Origin: Octopus bimaculoides
Lineage: Eukaryota
Direction: 5' to 3'
DNA length: 64,000 nt
Assembly (NCBI RefSeq): GCF_001194135.2
Contig: NC_068993.1
Coordinates: 59,432,935 to 59,496,934 of the forward strand
How positions within the stretch are numbered: the first letter of the stretch is position 1; every line of letters starts with the position of its first letter. The notes below the pieces were generated by a model that saw nothing but the letters and a program-made list of their open reading frames with translations, was not told where the DNA came from and made no database searches. The position numbers were made by a program, and so were the translations under genes. Shown here one piece after another: positions 24,439 to 36,150 of this stretch.

Positions 24439-25045
24439 TTTGTAAAGACAAAAAAACAACCTTTGTCTTCAAAAAATTATAGATATTGATGATGCTTCTG
24501 ATGCAAAATAATTTTTTGATACCAGTCTCATCAAGGACCTGAAATAATAGAGAAACAGTATAAGATATAAAGAATAATTAAACTGTAGAGAATCACCAAA
24601 AATTCACATTTCTATGGTGATAAATTGTAGAATACAACTGAACTTATCAAGAGTATCACATTATTTCAAACATAACAGAGCAGAGATATACATATAATAG
24701 AGATACATATCATATCATGCCACAGAAAAGAAATGTCTCCTTGTCTTAATAGTTGGAAGCAAGGGTCACTATCAAGGAAACAACATCATTTGTTTCTAGT
24801 CCTCCATAAACACATGGCTGGTTAAGGGAAATATATAAGTGAGGGTTGGTGACAGGAAAGGGGCTGTGAAAAAATCTGTCCAAAAGAATAATGTCTATAT
24901 AATCATGGAAAGGTGAGCAATGATACAGTGAGCAGGGCAGCGAGGACAAGATTGAGGAGTGAGATATAAGCATAGAGCACAGTTTCGAAATAGCAATCAG
25001 CACTTCATCGGGAAAGAAAAGAAGATGCAATTGGGGATGAAAATA

Positions 25046-25166
25046 GGTACTACTTAAATACAGAGGTCCAGACGCATCTCTAACCCTAACCCCCCTACGA
25101 ATGTGCACTGTAAAAACATATCGTTACATAGATGCATCGGGACCTCTGTATTTAAGAAGTAGTGCC
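25046..25166. mobile_element. Short MITE (about 120 bp) with about 30-bp terminal inverted repeats
   Basis: ggtactacttaaatacagaggtccagacgcatct … agatgcatcgggacctctgtatttaagaagtagtgcc. Confidence 0.75.
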
Positions 25167-25687
25167 CGAAAATATTAGAGAAAAAAAAAATTAAATTTTT
25201 GGATAAATCTTTTCTATATCGTAATTCAAAGAATTGAGAGACTTTTCAATTAGTATTCTTGTGTTGTGCTCTTTGCCTTCTCGAAAAGGTATTCCGAAAA
25301 CCTGTTTGCAAAATATTTTATATTGTTTAAGCACGAGAAATACTCACTTCTACCTTTTTCTTTTTAATGTATCGTTGACCCTGTCGACTAATTGTATGAC
25401 ATCTTACGTGGAAATCGTTGCGGTTGATTGCTTGACGGGAGGAGATAAATCAGAGACTTATTGCTAACCACAGTTTCGTAGCCATTCCGATTAAAGTACG
25501 ATTTCACCAGCGCTGTTAATCTTTCTAGAAATAGCAGCTGAATTTCCCTCAAATTACACCGTTCAGTCTTGAACCAGAGGACTATATTCCAATTTCAGTA
25601 TAAGTACCGCCGAAGTTAATGTGCTAAATAGAAGATTATATTCGATAAAAGTTCGTAACATTTTTCAATTGATGGTGTTTAAACAGT

Positions 25688-26036
25688 GCAGGCGCAATGG
25701 CCCAGTGGTTAGGGCAGCAGACTCGCGGTTTCGATTCCCAGACAGGGCGTTGTGAGTGTTTATTGAGCGAAAAACACTGAAAGTTCCACGAGGCTCCGGC
25801 GGGGGGAGGTGGCGAACCCTGCTGTACTCTTCCACCACAACTTTCTCTCACTCTTTCTTCCTGTTTCTGTTGTGCCTGTAATTCAAAGGGTCAGCCTTGT
25901 CACACTGTGTCACGCTGAATATCCCCGAGAACTACGTTAAGGGTACACGTGTCTGCGGAGTGCTCAGCCACTTGCACGTTGATTTCACGAGCAGGCTGTT
26001 CCGTTGATTGAATCAACTGGAACCCTCAACGTCGTA
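25688..26036 (+). mobile_element. tRNA-head SINE, near full length
   Basis: ggcgcaatggcccagtggttagggcagcagactcgcgg…ttcgattccc head; body matches 9355-9590 and 50104-50357. Confidence 0.85.
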
Positions 26037-26109
26037 ATTCTATAATATCAGGTTGCCAAATTCCCGTTTTTACATCTATTTTAATCTTAACTTTTTATCA
26101 ATAATTTTA

Positions 26110-26340
26110 ACTGAGGAGCTGCCCAGACTCCATGTTTGTTTTGGTTTCGTTTCTGTTTGGATATCCTTCCTAACACTTTACAGAGCGAGTCCCAATGTTT
26201 GTAGATCCTTTCTCACCACATCTTCTTGGATCTACTCCTTCCATGTTTCTTCTACAATTAGAGATCGGTACCTCTTAATGCATTACATGACCATACCAGT
26301 GCAGTCTTCTCTTGCATACATCTAATGCCTTGTATACCCA
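26110..26340 (-). mobile_element. Degraded RTE LINE 3' remnant
   Basis: Minus strand resembles the 'GIRCMQERRLRWYGHV…GRSRPRKTW' region of the other RTE copies. Confidence 0.55.
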
Positions 26341-26416
26341 GTTTTTTTTCCCAAATCACTTATATTTTGTCATACATGCACGTTGACAATACCAAAAATC
26401 AAATATCAAAAAAACA

Positions 26417-26485
26417 CAGAGAATCCGAGCATTGATCCTGGTACTTCTTACATGCTGAGTGCTCTACCATCTGAGCTAATTCCCA
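26417..26485 (-). pseudogene. tRNA-Ala(AGC)-derived pseudogene
   Basis: GGGAATTAGCTCAGATGGTAGAGCACT----CAGCATGTAAGAAGTACCAGGATCAATGCTCGGATTCTC aligns with the metazoan tRNA-Ala(AGC) consensus. It has a ~4-nt anticodon-stem deletion and T-arm mismatches. Confidence 0.75.
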
Positions 26486-27017
26486 CAAAACACTCATTTT
26501 TTTTTTTTTTTCTAATTGGCATTTCATCATCATATAATGGAATGCCAATTAAGATGATGGAACTGGCATTCCATCATCATCTGAAAAGAGATAAATTTTG
26601 TTCAAACTTGGGAAATAATAAATGAAAATTGTACAGGAAGAAAAGAGCTACAAATAAACAAGAAAACATTATGATAAAAATATTTTTCATGTTAATTGAA
26701 AGAATACAGGAAAGAAATGAACAAATTTATCCAACAACTTAATAGTATGATGAAATACTGTATTTTATTTGTTTCTTTTTATTATTATTTAGGGTCACAA
26801 TTGTTTATCAATGCAAAGAGTTAAGAGATTTTTTTAGTCTCCCACCTCTCAGAACGAAGTTCTTTCTCTCATGTAAACTTACAGACGTGAATAGCCAAAT
26901 TATCAGATGGAGAGAAAGATTTACCACAGATATTACAGTAATATGATTTTTCCCCATGTGAAAACATTTGTGCTTAGCTAATAGCTTAATGTAGGAGAAT
27001 GATTTTCCACAGATATA

Positions 27018-28313
27018 TCATGGATATGGCTTTTCTCCTGTATGAATACGTTTGTGAACAGTTACAGTAGCACTTTGGGAAAAAGATTTACCACAGATAT
27101 CACAATGATATGGCTTTTCTCTAGTATGAACACGTTTGTGAACAGTTACAGCAGTATGTTGAGAGAATGCTTTACCACAGATATCACAATGATATGGTTT
27201 TTCTCCTGTATGAATGCGTAGATGGCTTACCAAGGAATTACGTATAGTAAACGATTTACCACAGATATCACAATGATATGGTTTTTCTCCAGTATGAATA
27301 CGTTTGTGATCAGTCAATGAATGATTTGTGGACAATGCTTTACCACAGATATCACAATGATATAGTTTTTCTCCAGTATGAATACGTTTGTGATCAGTCA
27401 AGGTCTTACTTTGAGAGAATGATTTACCACAGACATCACAATGATATGGTTTTTCACCAGTATGAATATTTTTATGTCTTCTTAAATCGTTACTACGAAT
27501 AAACGCTTTATTACAGATATCACAATGATATGGTTTTTCTCCGGTGTGAATACGTTTGTGACCAGTTAAGGAAATATTGTGTAAGAATGCTTTACCACAG
27601 ATATCACAATTAAATCGTTTTTCTTGAGTATGAATGCGTTTGTGTCCAGCTAAGTTAGTACTTCGAGAAAATGATTTACCACAGATATCACAATGAAATG
27701 GTTTTTCTCCAGTGTGAGTACGTTTATGTCCAGTCAAGGCACTATTTTGAAGGAATGATCTACCACAGATATCACATTGATAAGGTTTTTCTCCTGTATG
27801 AACATATTTGTGAGCAGTTAACTCATCATTTCGAGAGAATGATTTGTCACAGATATTACAGTGATATGGCTTTTCTCCTGTATGAATACGCTTGTGTTTA
27901 ATTAGCTGATTGCTTTGATTGAATGATTTACTACAGAAATCGCACTTAAATGGTTTTTCTCCAGTATGAATGCGTTTGTGATCGGTCAGGTTAGTACTAT
28001 TGGGAAATGACTTACTACACATATCACACTGGTAAGGTTTCTCTCCTGTGTGAATACGTTTGTGTATAGTTAAAACATCATTACGAGTGAAGGATCTGCC
28101 ACAGATATCACACTGATATGGTTTCTCTCCTGTATGAACACGAACATGAATTGTTAAGTCACTATTTCGATAGAAAGATTTACCACAGATACTACAGTGA
28201 TATGGTTTCTCCCCTGTATGAAGACGTATATGAATAGTTAGATAATATTTTGAAGCAAACGACTTTTTACAGATATCACATTCATATGAAGATTTTGCTA
28301 ATTTTTTCGCCAT
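27018..28313 (-). CDS. C2H2 zinc-finger protein ZNF-4 (431 aa, 15 fingers; two vestigial fingers after the stop)
   Basis: Intact ORF; TGA sits at the first-Cys position of finger 16. Confidence 0.95.
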   Translation of the reverse strand: MAKKLAKSSYECDICKKSFASKYYLTIHIRLHTGEKPYHCSICGKSFYRNSDLTIHVRVHTGEKPYQCDICGRSFTRNDVLTIHKRIHTGEKPYQCDMCSKSFPNSTNLTDHKRIHTGEKPFKCDFCSKSFNQSNQLIKHKRIHTGEKPYHCNICDKSFSRNDELTAHKYVHTGEKPYQCDICGRSFLQNSALTGHKRTHTGEKPFHCDICGKSFSRSTNLAGHKRIHTQEKRFNCDICGKAFLHNISLTGHKRIHTGEKPYHCDICNKAFIRSNDLRRHKNIHTGEKPYHCDVCGKSFSQSKTLTDHKRIHTGEKLYHCDICGKALSTNHSLTDHKRIHTGEKPYHCDICGKSFTIRNSLVSHLRIHTGEKPYHCDICGKAFSQHTAVTVHKRVHTREKPYHCDICGKSFSQSATVTVHKRIHTGEKPYP

Positions 28314-30579
28314 CTCTTGTTTAACTCATTAAACAATAACTTTTCTTCTCACACGATGATATGTATGTCTCTTGCTCTACTTACAATGCAAAACGATATT
28401 GTATTCATTGCAGACAGTGAATTATACAAGTGTTGCTAATAATCTCACACAGAAGAAACCTTTCACCATAATTCACAAGATTTAGATAAACAGTCATATT
28501 TGTTCTGCATAACATTGTCCTTCAGTCATGAAAGAATGGTAAATATTGATGACACTTCAGATATAAAAAAAATTCTTTTATGCAAGCTTCAGTAAGGACC
28601 CTGAAATAGCAAAGAAAAACAGTATAAGATACAGAGGATAATTAAACTGTATAAATTTATTTCGTTTCTTTAATGACAAATTACATGTATTTGCTCAACT
28701 CATGGCAGTCCAACTGTTCTTTGTCGGTTGCACTAAAGCTATCATCAGTAGCACACCATTCTTCATTTCCTCTTCCCATGGTATCAAAATATCCTCCTCT
28801 ATCCGAGAACCCCTCTCTTTTCAAGGTGAGTTTGTCTTTGCAAAAGTACTCCACTGTCCATTGTCTGCTGTCAAACCAGCCCTTCTCTTCAATCTCTTTG
28901 AAGGCAACCTGTTGCACCTACCAGCCTCCTTCCTCTGCTCCATATTCACAACACTGCCAACCAATCATGTCCCTTTCCATGTCAATACTGTCCAGTATCT
29001 CATGGAATGCAATCACTTGTAGCTTCATCAATGCTCCTTGTACTTACAGCTCAATTTCACTGAGACCCCTGCATTTAACCTCCCTACCATCCACTCCACT
29101 GAGGTTACTTTTCCCACTCCAGCTCTCAACCATTTTTATGGTTACCAGGTTTGTTGTTGCAACCCATATTGACCAGGGCTTGCACCCATCAGCAACAAAA
29201 GGTGTGCCTCTAATAGGGTGTTGGGGGAGTTACAAGCACAGCAGTTCCCTTTTTCTATTTCCCTGTCTGCAATAGCGTGCCATTTGGCAGGTGCTGGTCA
29301 TGTCCATAAGACATCACTTCAAGTTTCAGTTCCTAACAGTCTGACCACGTGCAGACCCTGACACCTAAAGCATTGTCTCTTAAAAGTCCATCTCACTATT
29401 TGCCACCTGCCTCTTCATCCTACCGGTGTCTGCTGTCACCACTGCTGCAATACCACATGCATTGTTCTGTGTCAACACTTACACTTTATCTTCTTAGTCA
29501 CCCTGGCAGCTGCAGCAACCTCACTGAGATACGATCAGGGAATTCAGTCACAGAAGCCAGCTTCACAGGTAAACCCAGATAGCCCACTTAATCTCCTGAT
29601 TATTGAGTATATTGATTTATACCAGTACAAATATGAAGAAAATTGACTTATAGTTTGTCAGAATATCTGAAAAAAGAACAGAAAAAAAAATTTCACAGAA
29701 GACCAATGGAGTCCAGTTGGACCCCAATCACCATATTTTATGCTATAACATCCATATGACTGGAAATTTTTAACTCAAAATTTGTATGTGTATACATAAA
29801 CTATTGACAATAAAAATCAGATTTAATTATAATTTTCTTCTTGGGTAACTTCCTTCTTTTGAAAGTATGAAACCGGTTCAGGAAAATACACACTTCAAAA
29901 TAATGAAAAGAGTAACTGTGACAGAACAGTTACGGTTAATATTCGAAAATAGAAAAAAAAACAGGAGAAAAATGACAAAAATGAGGTGGTACAGGTTGAC
30001 ATTCAAAAATCTAGCAACCTCCGGACCTGAGGAGTGCCGGATTTTGTATGGTTATATATCGTATGTTTCACAAATGGTTCGCACAGACATGCAGCTAAGT
30101 CTTTTTAGCATTTCCATTTTCTCTGCGATCGACAACGCACGATGTTTACATTTTACGCCACCTCTTTTCTCTGCTGAATCCAATAATGGGACTATACAGC
30201 AACAAATAAATGATAAAACGAGAAGGAATGGGCGTCAAAACATAAACGGCGCCCCCAGAAAACAATTGTGTACCAACAAGGTAGATTTGAAAATGCGATC
30301 CAAAATTCATGTCGGAAATCTGAAGGAATTGGATTTTCGAATGTCAACTATACAAACGTTCAGAAAATGGGCACTTAAAGAAAAAGGAAATTAAAAGAAT
30401 TGAAATCTGAGATAGCAACAGAAGAGATCGCAAATGAATAAAACAAAATCGGATTCAGAGTGAAAAATGACATCAATAAACCGAAATTGAAGACTTCACT
30501 TAATTTTAAAATTTCAAAATCTGTGGCAGCAACAGAAGAGATCTGCGAGCCGAAAGCAGCAAAAATAAGAATGCCCTAA

Positions 30580-30900
30580 CCTGGGAAGAAGACATGTAGC
30601 TTCGCGCACACTACACCAGCCACTGGCCAGAAATTGGCATCCCTTTGAAATTCCCTCCACGCGTCCGATCAACGTTCAAAGTCTTCTTCAGGAGAGAGGA
30701 GAGAGAGAGAGAGACGACTCAAAGACAGCAGTTCTTCGACTGAGATGATTTCCCTTCTCTTCCGGTCATGACGTCACTTTTTTTTCGTCCGCTCCAGCCT
30801 GAGATCTCTCTCTCTCTCTCTTTCTCTGCTCTTTAACAGAATTTCTATTCAGATCAGGAAGAGCCGGAAAATATACCTCTTACCATTCTCACGGTACGGT
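30580..30900. promoter_or_regulatory. CpG-rich promoter-like block with ETS (cttccggt, 30759-30766) and full CRE (TGACGTCA, 30769-30776)
   Basis: High CpG density in an AT-rich background, adjacent ETS and CRE motifs, GA/CT tracts on both sides, and a candidate minus-strand donor cag|GTTAGG at 30580. Confidence 0.5.
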
Positions 30901-30960
30901 AACGATGCTACAAGCCTGCATCCTGTCTGGAAACATTCCAATTAAGTTATAATAATAAAT

Positions 30961-31095
30961 ATGTAAACATTTAAATGGGTGGAGATGGAGTATATGTAAT
31001 CTGGGTATACCCCGCCTCCGTAAAAAAAATTAATAAATAAGGGGGGGAAAGGTTCAGATTACATATAGTCCATCTCTACCTTTAAATGAATACAT
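30961..31095. repeat. Short inverted-repeat element (about 40-bp arms)
   Basis: atttaaatgggtggagatggagtatatgtaatctg … cagattacatatagtccatctctacctttaaat. Confidence 0.7.
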
Positions 31096-31145
31096 TTCTA
31101 TTTAATAAGCAACTTTCATGAAATTTCATATTGGTTTTTTTTCGA

Positions 31146-31436
31146 TACTATTCAAGAAGATCGGTCCTGGTGCGCGCATTCGCGTACTTGCGCAGCCGCG
31201 CTAGCTAGTCGTGACTAATCGATCCTACAGCGACTATCTAGCGCGAATGCGCAAAACATGCATGAGGATTTTTTTCTAAACAAAGTAAATAATTATTTTA
31301 AAACAAAGTAAATAATACTTTGTGTAAAAAAATTATTTACTTTGTTTAGAAAAGAATCCTCATTGGATCGACTAGTTACGACTAGCTAGGGCGGATGCGC
31401 GGGTACGCGCACTGGGAGCACTCATCTTGAATAGTA
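31146..31436. repeat. Nested foldback element (outer CpG-rich arms, inner AT-rich arms)
   Basis: tactattcaag…gctagctagtcgtgactaatcgatcc pairs with ggatcgactagttacgactagctag…cttgaatagta. Inner atgaggattttttctaaacaaagtaaataatt pairs with aattatttactttgtttagaaaagaatcctcat. Confidence 0.8.
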
Positions 31437-31834
31437 CCGGTTTTTCTAGTGATAATCAAGTATTTATAAACCTGTTTTTGAATTGAATTTACTCTCGCAT
31501 TGTTTAGTCTGTTTTATTAATGCGAGTTTATGCACCTAAAAGCGAATAATCATCGTGATTAAAAACTGTTTAGCAATGCAGAATTTTATAAGATGCCGAA
31601 AATAAAAGGGGAAAAAAACGAAATTCCATTTTATTACCGATAGCTATCCCAAAAGTTACCCACTCCCCATTTTTTTTTTTTTCTTTTCTAGAATTACTGT
31701 GTTTGAGACAAAGGAAATTACGATTCTGATAGAAATTTTGGCGGACTATCGTAGAATGTAGGGAAAAAATGCCCCTTTTTCTTTACCACGAAGAAATAAG
31801 AGTTATTCCGAAACCCTAACCCTAACCACTATAA

Positions 31835-31950
31835 ATACACATTTCTATTATCTTTATATTCTCTTTGATAAATTCGACTGACATGAGAAAATTCTTTGCC
31901 GGAAACGGTTATGGTAGTTGCCAGACGGAAGTAACAATATCTAGACAAAT
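31835..31950 (-). promoter_or_regulatory. Predicted promoter / exon 1 module of ZNF-4
   Basis: ccggaaa and cggaagt ETS-like cores; degenerate donor GTGTAT at 31840; homologous to 36042-36150. Confidence 0.5.
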
Positions 31951-33029
31951 ATTATTATAATAAATATAGAAGGAAGTATTATAAGACAACAGCGTAGTAG
32001 AAGAGGTTAGGAAGGTAGAGGAGGAGGATGAAATATTATGAATAAATAAATTAAGAGTAGTTAAAAGAGATGTATTCGTTTTCGCTGCCAGCATCAATTC
32101 AGCACGAATTGATTTTATATTCAGTGTAATGGTACACTTTTAATGGCTAATGAATGACGTGGAAATAATTTTCGCTATAAATCAATGAATAAAGAGTTAA
32201 AAGCAATTAAGAAAAAGACAAGATAGGATGAAATGTTTCTGAGAAATTTTTAAAAAGAAATCTCAAAAATCGCTTAACAAAGAATTACTTAAAGTTTAAT
32301 TAACTTCAAAAAAATCCTCAAAGAAAATATTTCTAGATCAATTTACAAAATCTCAAAAAATACTAAGTTTCAGTTGGCCTTAAATCATGCACCAGAGGAG
32401 GATGTGGGTTTGTACTTGCAAGAGAAGAGTGTTATACTCTAAAGAAAATTATGCAAAATCCACTAGTAGATTCACATGGATGAGCTCATTCAATCAATTC
32501 TCATTTGAATTAAATATGTCATCCAGAACACAAATGGCTTTTGTGGTTGGATTTCCCCTCTTTGAAGAATGGAAACTATTTCTGTGAAGTTCTTTCAGTA
32601 ATAGTGTCTTTTCAGTACACACCACAAATGTCTTGAATGGCTCAGGCAGCTTTGGAGTCTTAATTGAATGCAAATAAAAGTAGAAATTAAAAACACTTTT
32701 TTTTTTTCTAATTGGCATTTCATCATCATATAATGGAATGCCAATTAGGATGATGGAACTGGCATTCCATCATCATCTGAAAAGAGATAAATTTTGTTCA
32801 AACTTGGGAAATAATAAATGAAAATTGTACAGGAAGAAAAGAGCTACATATAAACAAGAAAACATTATGATAAAAATATTTTTCATGTTAATTGAAAGAA
32901 TACAGGAAAGAAATGAACAAATTTATCCAGCAACTTAATAGTATGATGAAATACTGTACTTTGTTTCTTTTTATTATTTTTAGTCTCTCACCTATCACAG
33001 TCACAAATATCAGAATGAAGTTCTTTCTC

Positions 33030-34472
33030 TCATGTAAGCTTACAGATGTGAACAGCTAAATCACCAGGTTGAGAGAAGGATTTAGCACAGATATTGCAGT
33101 AATATAGTTTTTCCCCCATATGAATACATTTGTGCTTAGTTAATAGCTTACTGTAGGAGAATGATTTTCCACAGATCTCACAATGATATGGTTTTTCTCC
33201 AGTATGAATACGCTTGTGAACAGTTACAGCAGTACTTTGGGAGAAGGATTTACCACAGATATCACAAAATGGATTTTCTTCAGTATGAATGCGCTTGTGC
33301 TCAGCTAAGGAATTACTTCGCGAGAATGATTTACCACACACATCACAATGAAATGGTTTGTCTCCGGTATGAATGCGTTTGTGATCAGTCAAGGAATTAC
33401 TTCGAGAAAATGATTTACCACAGATATCACAATTATATGGCTTCTCTCCTGTATGAATACGTTTATGTACAGTTACAGCAGTACTTTGAGAGAATGATTT
33501 ACCACAGATGTCACAATGATATGGTTTTTCTCCAGTATGAATACGTTTATGACCACTCAAGGAATTATTTCTAGAGAATGATTTACCACAGATATCACAC
33601 TGATATGGTGTTTCTCCAGTATGAATACGTTTGTGATAAGTTAAAGCATTACTCTGTGTGAACGATTTACCACAGATATCACAATGATATGGTTTTTCTC
33701 CAGAATGAATGTTTTTATGTCCCTTTAAATCTTTACTTCGAATGAATGATTTACCACAGATATCACAGCGATATGGTCTTTCTCTGGTATGAATAAGTTT
33801 GTGTATTGTCACAGCAGTACTCTGTGAGAATGCTTTCCCACAAACATCACAATGAAATCGTTTTTCTCCAGTATGAATACGCTTGTGTCCAGTCAAGGCA
33901 CTATTTTGAAGGAATGATTTACCACAGATATCACATTGATATGGTTTTTCTCCTGTATGAACGTGTTTGTGAGCAGTTAACTCATCGTTTCGAGAGAATG
34001 ATTTGTCACAGACATCACAGTGATAAGGTTTTTCTCCTGTATGAATACGTTTGTGTTTAATTAGCTGATTGCTTTGATTGAATGATTTACCACAGAAATC
34101 ACAATGATATGGCTTTTCTCCAGTATGAATGCGTTTATGATCAGTTAAGTTAGTACTTCTGGAGAATGATTTACTGCACATATCACATTGATATGGTTTC
34201 TCTCCTGTGTGAATACGTTTGTGTGTAGTTAAAATATCTTTACGGGTGAATGATTGACCACAGATATCACATTGATATGGTTTCTCTCCTGTATGAACAC
34301 GTTTATGAATAGTTAACTCACCACTTCGATAGAAAGTTTTGCTACAGACACCACAGTGATATGGTCTCTCTCCTGTATGAATACGTATGTGAGAAGTTAG
34401 ATTACCTTTTGAAGCTAAAGACTTTTTACATATACTGCACTCATACGAAGCTTTGTCTAAGGTTTTTGCCAT
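33030..34472 (-). CDS. C2H2 zinc-finger protein ZNF-5 (480 aa, 17 fingers; longest member)
   Basis: Intact ORF including the two terminal fingers that are lost in ZNF-4 and ZNF-9. Confidence 0.95.
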   Translation of the reverse strand: MAKTLDKASYECSICKKSLASKGNLTSHIRIHTGERPYHCGVCSKTFYRSGELTIHKRVHTGEKPYQCDICGQSFTRKDILTTHKRIHTGEKPYQCDMCSKSFSRSTNLTDHKRIHTGEKPYHCDFCGKSFNQSNQLIKHKRIHTGEKPYHCDVCDKSFSRNDELTAHKHVHTGEKPYQCDICGKSFLQNSALTGHKRIHTGEKRFHCDVCGKAFSQSTAVTIHKLIHTRERPYRCDICGKSFIRSKDLKGHKNIHSGEKPYHCDICGKSFTQSNALTYHKRIHTGETPYQCDICGKSFSRNNSLSGHKRIHTGEKPYHCDICGKSFSQSTAVTVHKRIHTGEKPYNCDICGKSFSRSNSLTDHKRIHTGDKPFHCDVCGKSFSRSNSLAEHKRIHTEENPFCDICGKSFSQSTAVTVHKRIHTGEKPYHCEICGKSFSYSKLLTKHKCIHMGEKLYYCNICAKSFSQPGDLAVHICKLT

Positions 34473-36041
34473 CTCTTCAGGAAAAAAATATCAATCTTTT
34501 AACTTATATAATAACTTTTCTTTTCTCACCACAAGATATGAATATTTATTTTGTTTTCCTTCCTATGATTTATTTCTAACAAAAATTCTTTGTGCTATAT
34601 ATCTGCTAACTGTGATCTATACTGCAAAGTCCTTTATAAATTAATCTATTTACAATGCAAATTATTATGTACTCATTCCAGACAGAAGTAGGTGTCTTGT
34701 AGTAAATGAGAGACTTGGCGATGTCGGTCAGCAAGGGACAGGTAGGGGAGAGAATGTTGCAAATAATCTCACCCAGAAGAAACCTTTCAGCATAATTCAC
34801 AAGACTTATATAAACATGGTTATATTTGTTCTGCATAACATCGTCCTTGAGTCTTGAAAAGATAGTAAATATTGATGATGTTTCTGATATGAAAACACTT
34901 TTTTTTTTATATGCCAGCTTCAGTAAGGATCCTGAAATAATAAGAAAAGCAGTATAAGATAAAAAGGATAATTTATTTCGTTTCTGTAATGATAAATTGC
35001 AGAAGTGAACCTTGACCAGAACTATATAACAAGTGCTTCAGAATATGGAATATTATGATATGACGAAATATNNNNNNNNNNNNNNNNNNNNNNNNNNNNN
35101 NNNNNNNNNNNNNNNNNNNNNNNNNNNNNNNNNNNNNNNNNNNNNNNNNNNNNNNNNNNNNNNNNNNNNNNNNNNNNNNNNNNNNNNNNNNNNNNNNNNN
35201 NNNNNNNNGGGGGGGGAATTAGCAAAAGCGGTTCATCCGATCTTTGGTTTTAGGTACTAAAAATGCAACAAAGTAACTTCGAGAAGCTTATGAATAAAAT
35301 AATGATCAGATTGCAAAACTTCTATAAACACGTTACAAATTGGTTGTATTGTAAACAGTCTTAATTAGCAATATATATAATAAATAGATCAATAAATAAT
35401 CCGACCTCAAAAACAACAGCAATAATAATATAAACAACACTTGTGTTTATAGTCCCGAGAAGATGACAAGCAAAACCGACTACGACGGAGTTCGAACTCA
35501 GAACATAAAGAGCAAAAAAGAAAACACCGCTAAGCGTCAATTCCTGTCGAGAAACATTTTTAGAAATTTATTAAAAATGCATTTGTAAACATTTAACCGA
35601 AAAACATTAAATTAATATACTTCTAGTTAATTACAGTTAATTAGTAACTTCCAAGCATTTTTACATTCGTTTCGCTTAATCAGAAAACCAATCCTATTTT
35701 TACATTTTCTCTCATATGGCTTAGTTTCAGTTTTACCCCTATGAATTTATAGGACTAAAACCTGAAGATCGTCGCGAATTGCAACTATTTAGCATTGCAG
35801 GATTGTACAAAATGTTGAAAATAGAAGTAAAGAAAAATTCCATTTTATTAATGACGACTATTCCGAAAGTCCTCGCCTCCCCATTTTTTTTTCTTTTCTA
35901 GAATTACTTTTCATACAAAGGAAATCACGATTCTGAGAGAAATTTTAGCGTACTGTCGTAGTATACCAAAATTCTTTACCGTTTTCCTTCTCCATGAGGA
36001 AATAACAATTATTCCGAAACTATTTTATATCCACTACCGAT

Positions 36042-36150
36042 ACTCACTTCTTTTATCTTTGTATTTTCTTTGAGAAATTCTTTTAACATGAGAGAAAGTT
36101 CTTCGCCGGAAATTCTTATGGTAGATGCTGGGCGGAAGTATAAAAATCTT
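36042..36150 (-). promoter_or_regulatory. Predicted promoter / non-coding exon 1 of ZNF-5
   Basis: Minus strand: acttccgccc…atttccggcg…aaaagaa|GTGAGT (donor at 36047). Confidence 0.6.

Noticed and set aside
27018-27020. UGA at a Cys position plus a conserved 3'-UTR hairpin read as selenocysteine/SECIS
   Set aside because: The hairpin lacks the AUGA/AA/GA SECIS geometry. The downstream fingers are frameshifted in ZNF-9 (and finger 17 in ZNF-4), and ZNF-5 carries the same UTR without a UGA.
29867-30394. 175-aa plus-strand ORF
   Set aside because: No recognisable domain, low-complexity composition and no splice or paralogue support; probably a chance ORF at the edge of the CpG-rich block.
31812-31828. 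ccctaaccctaacc telomere-like motif (also at about 25080)
   Set aside because: Only about two units, embedded in repeat or promoter context; not an interstitial telomere array.
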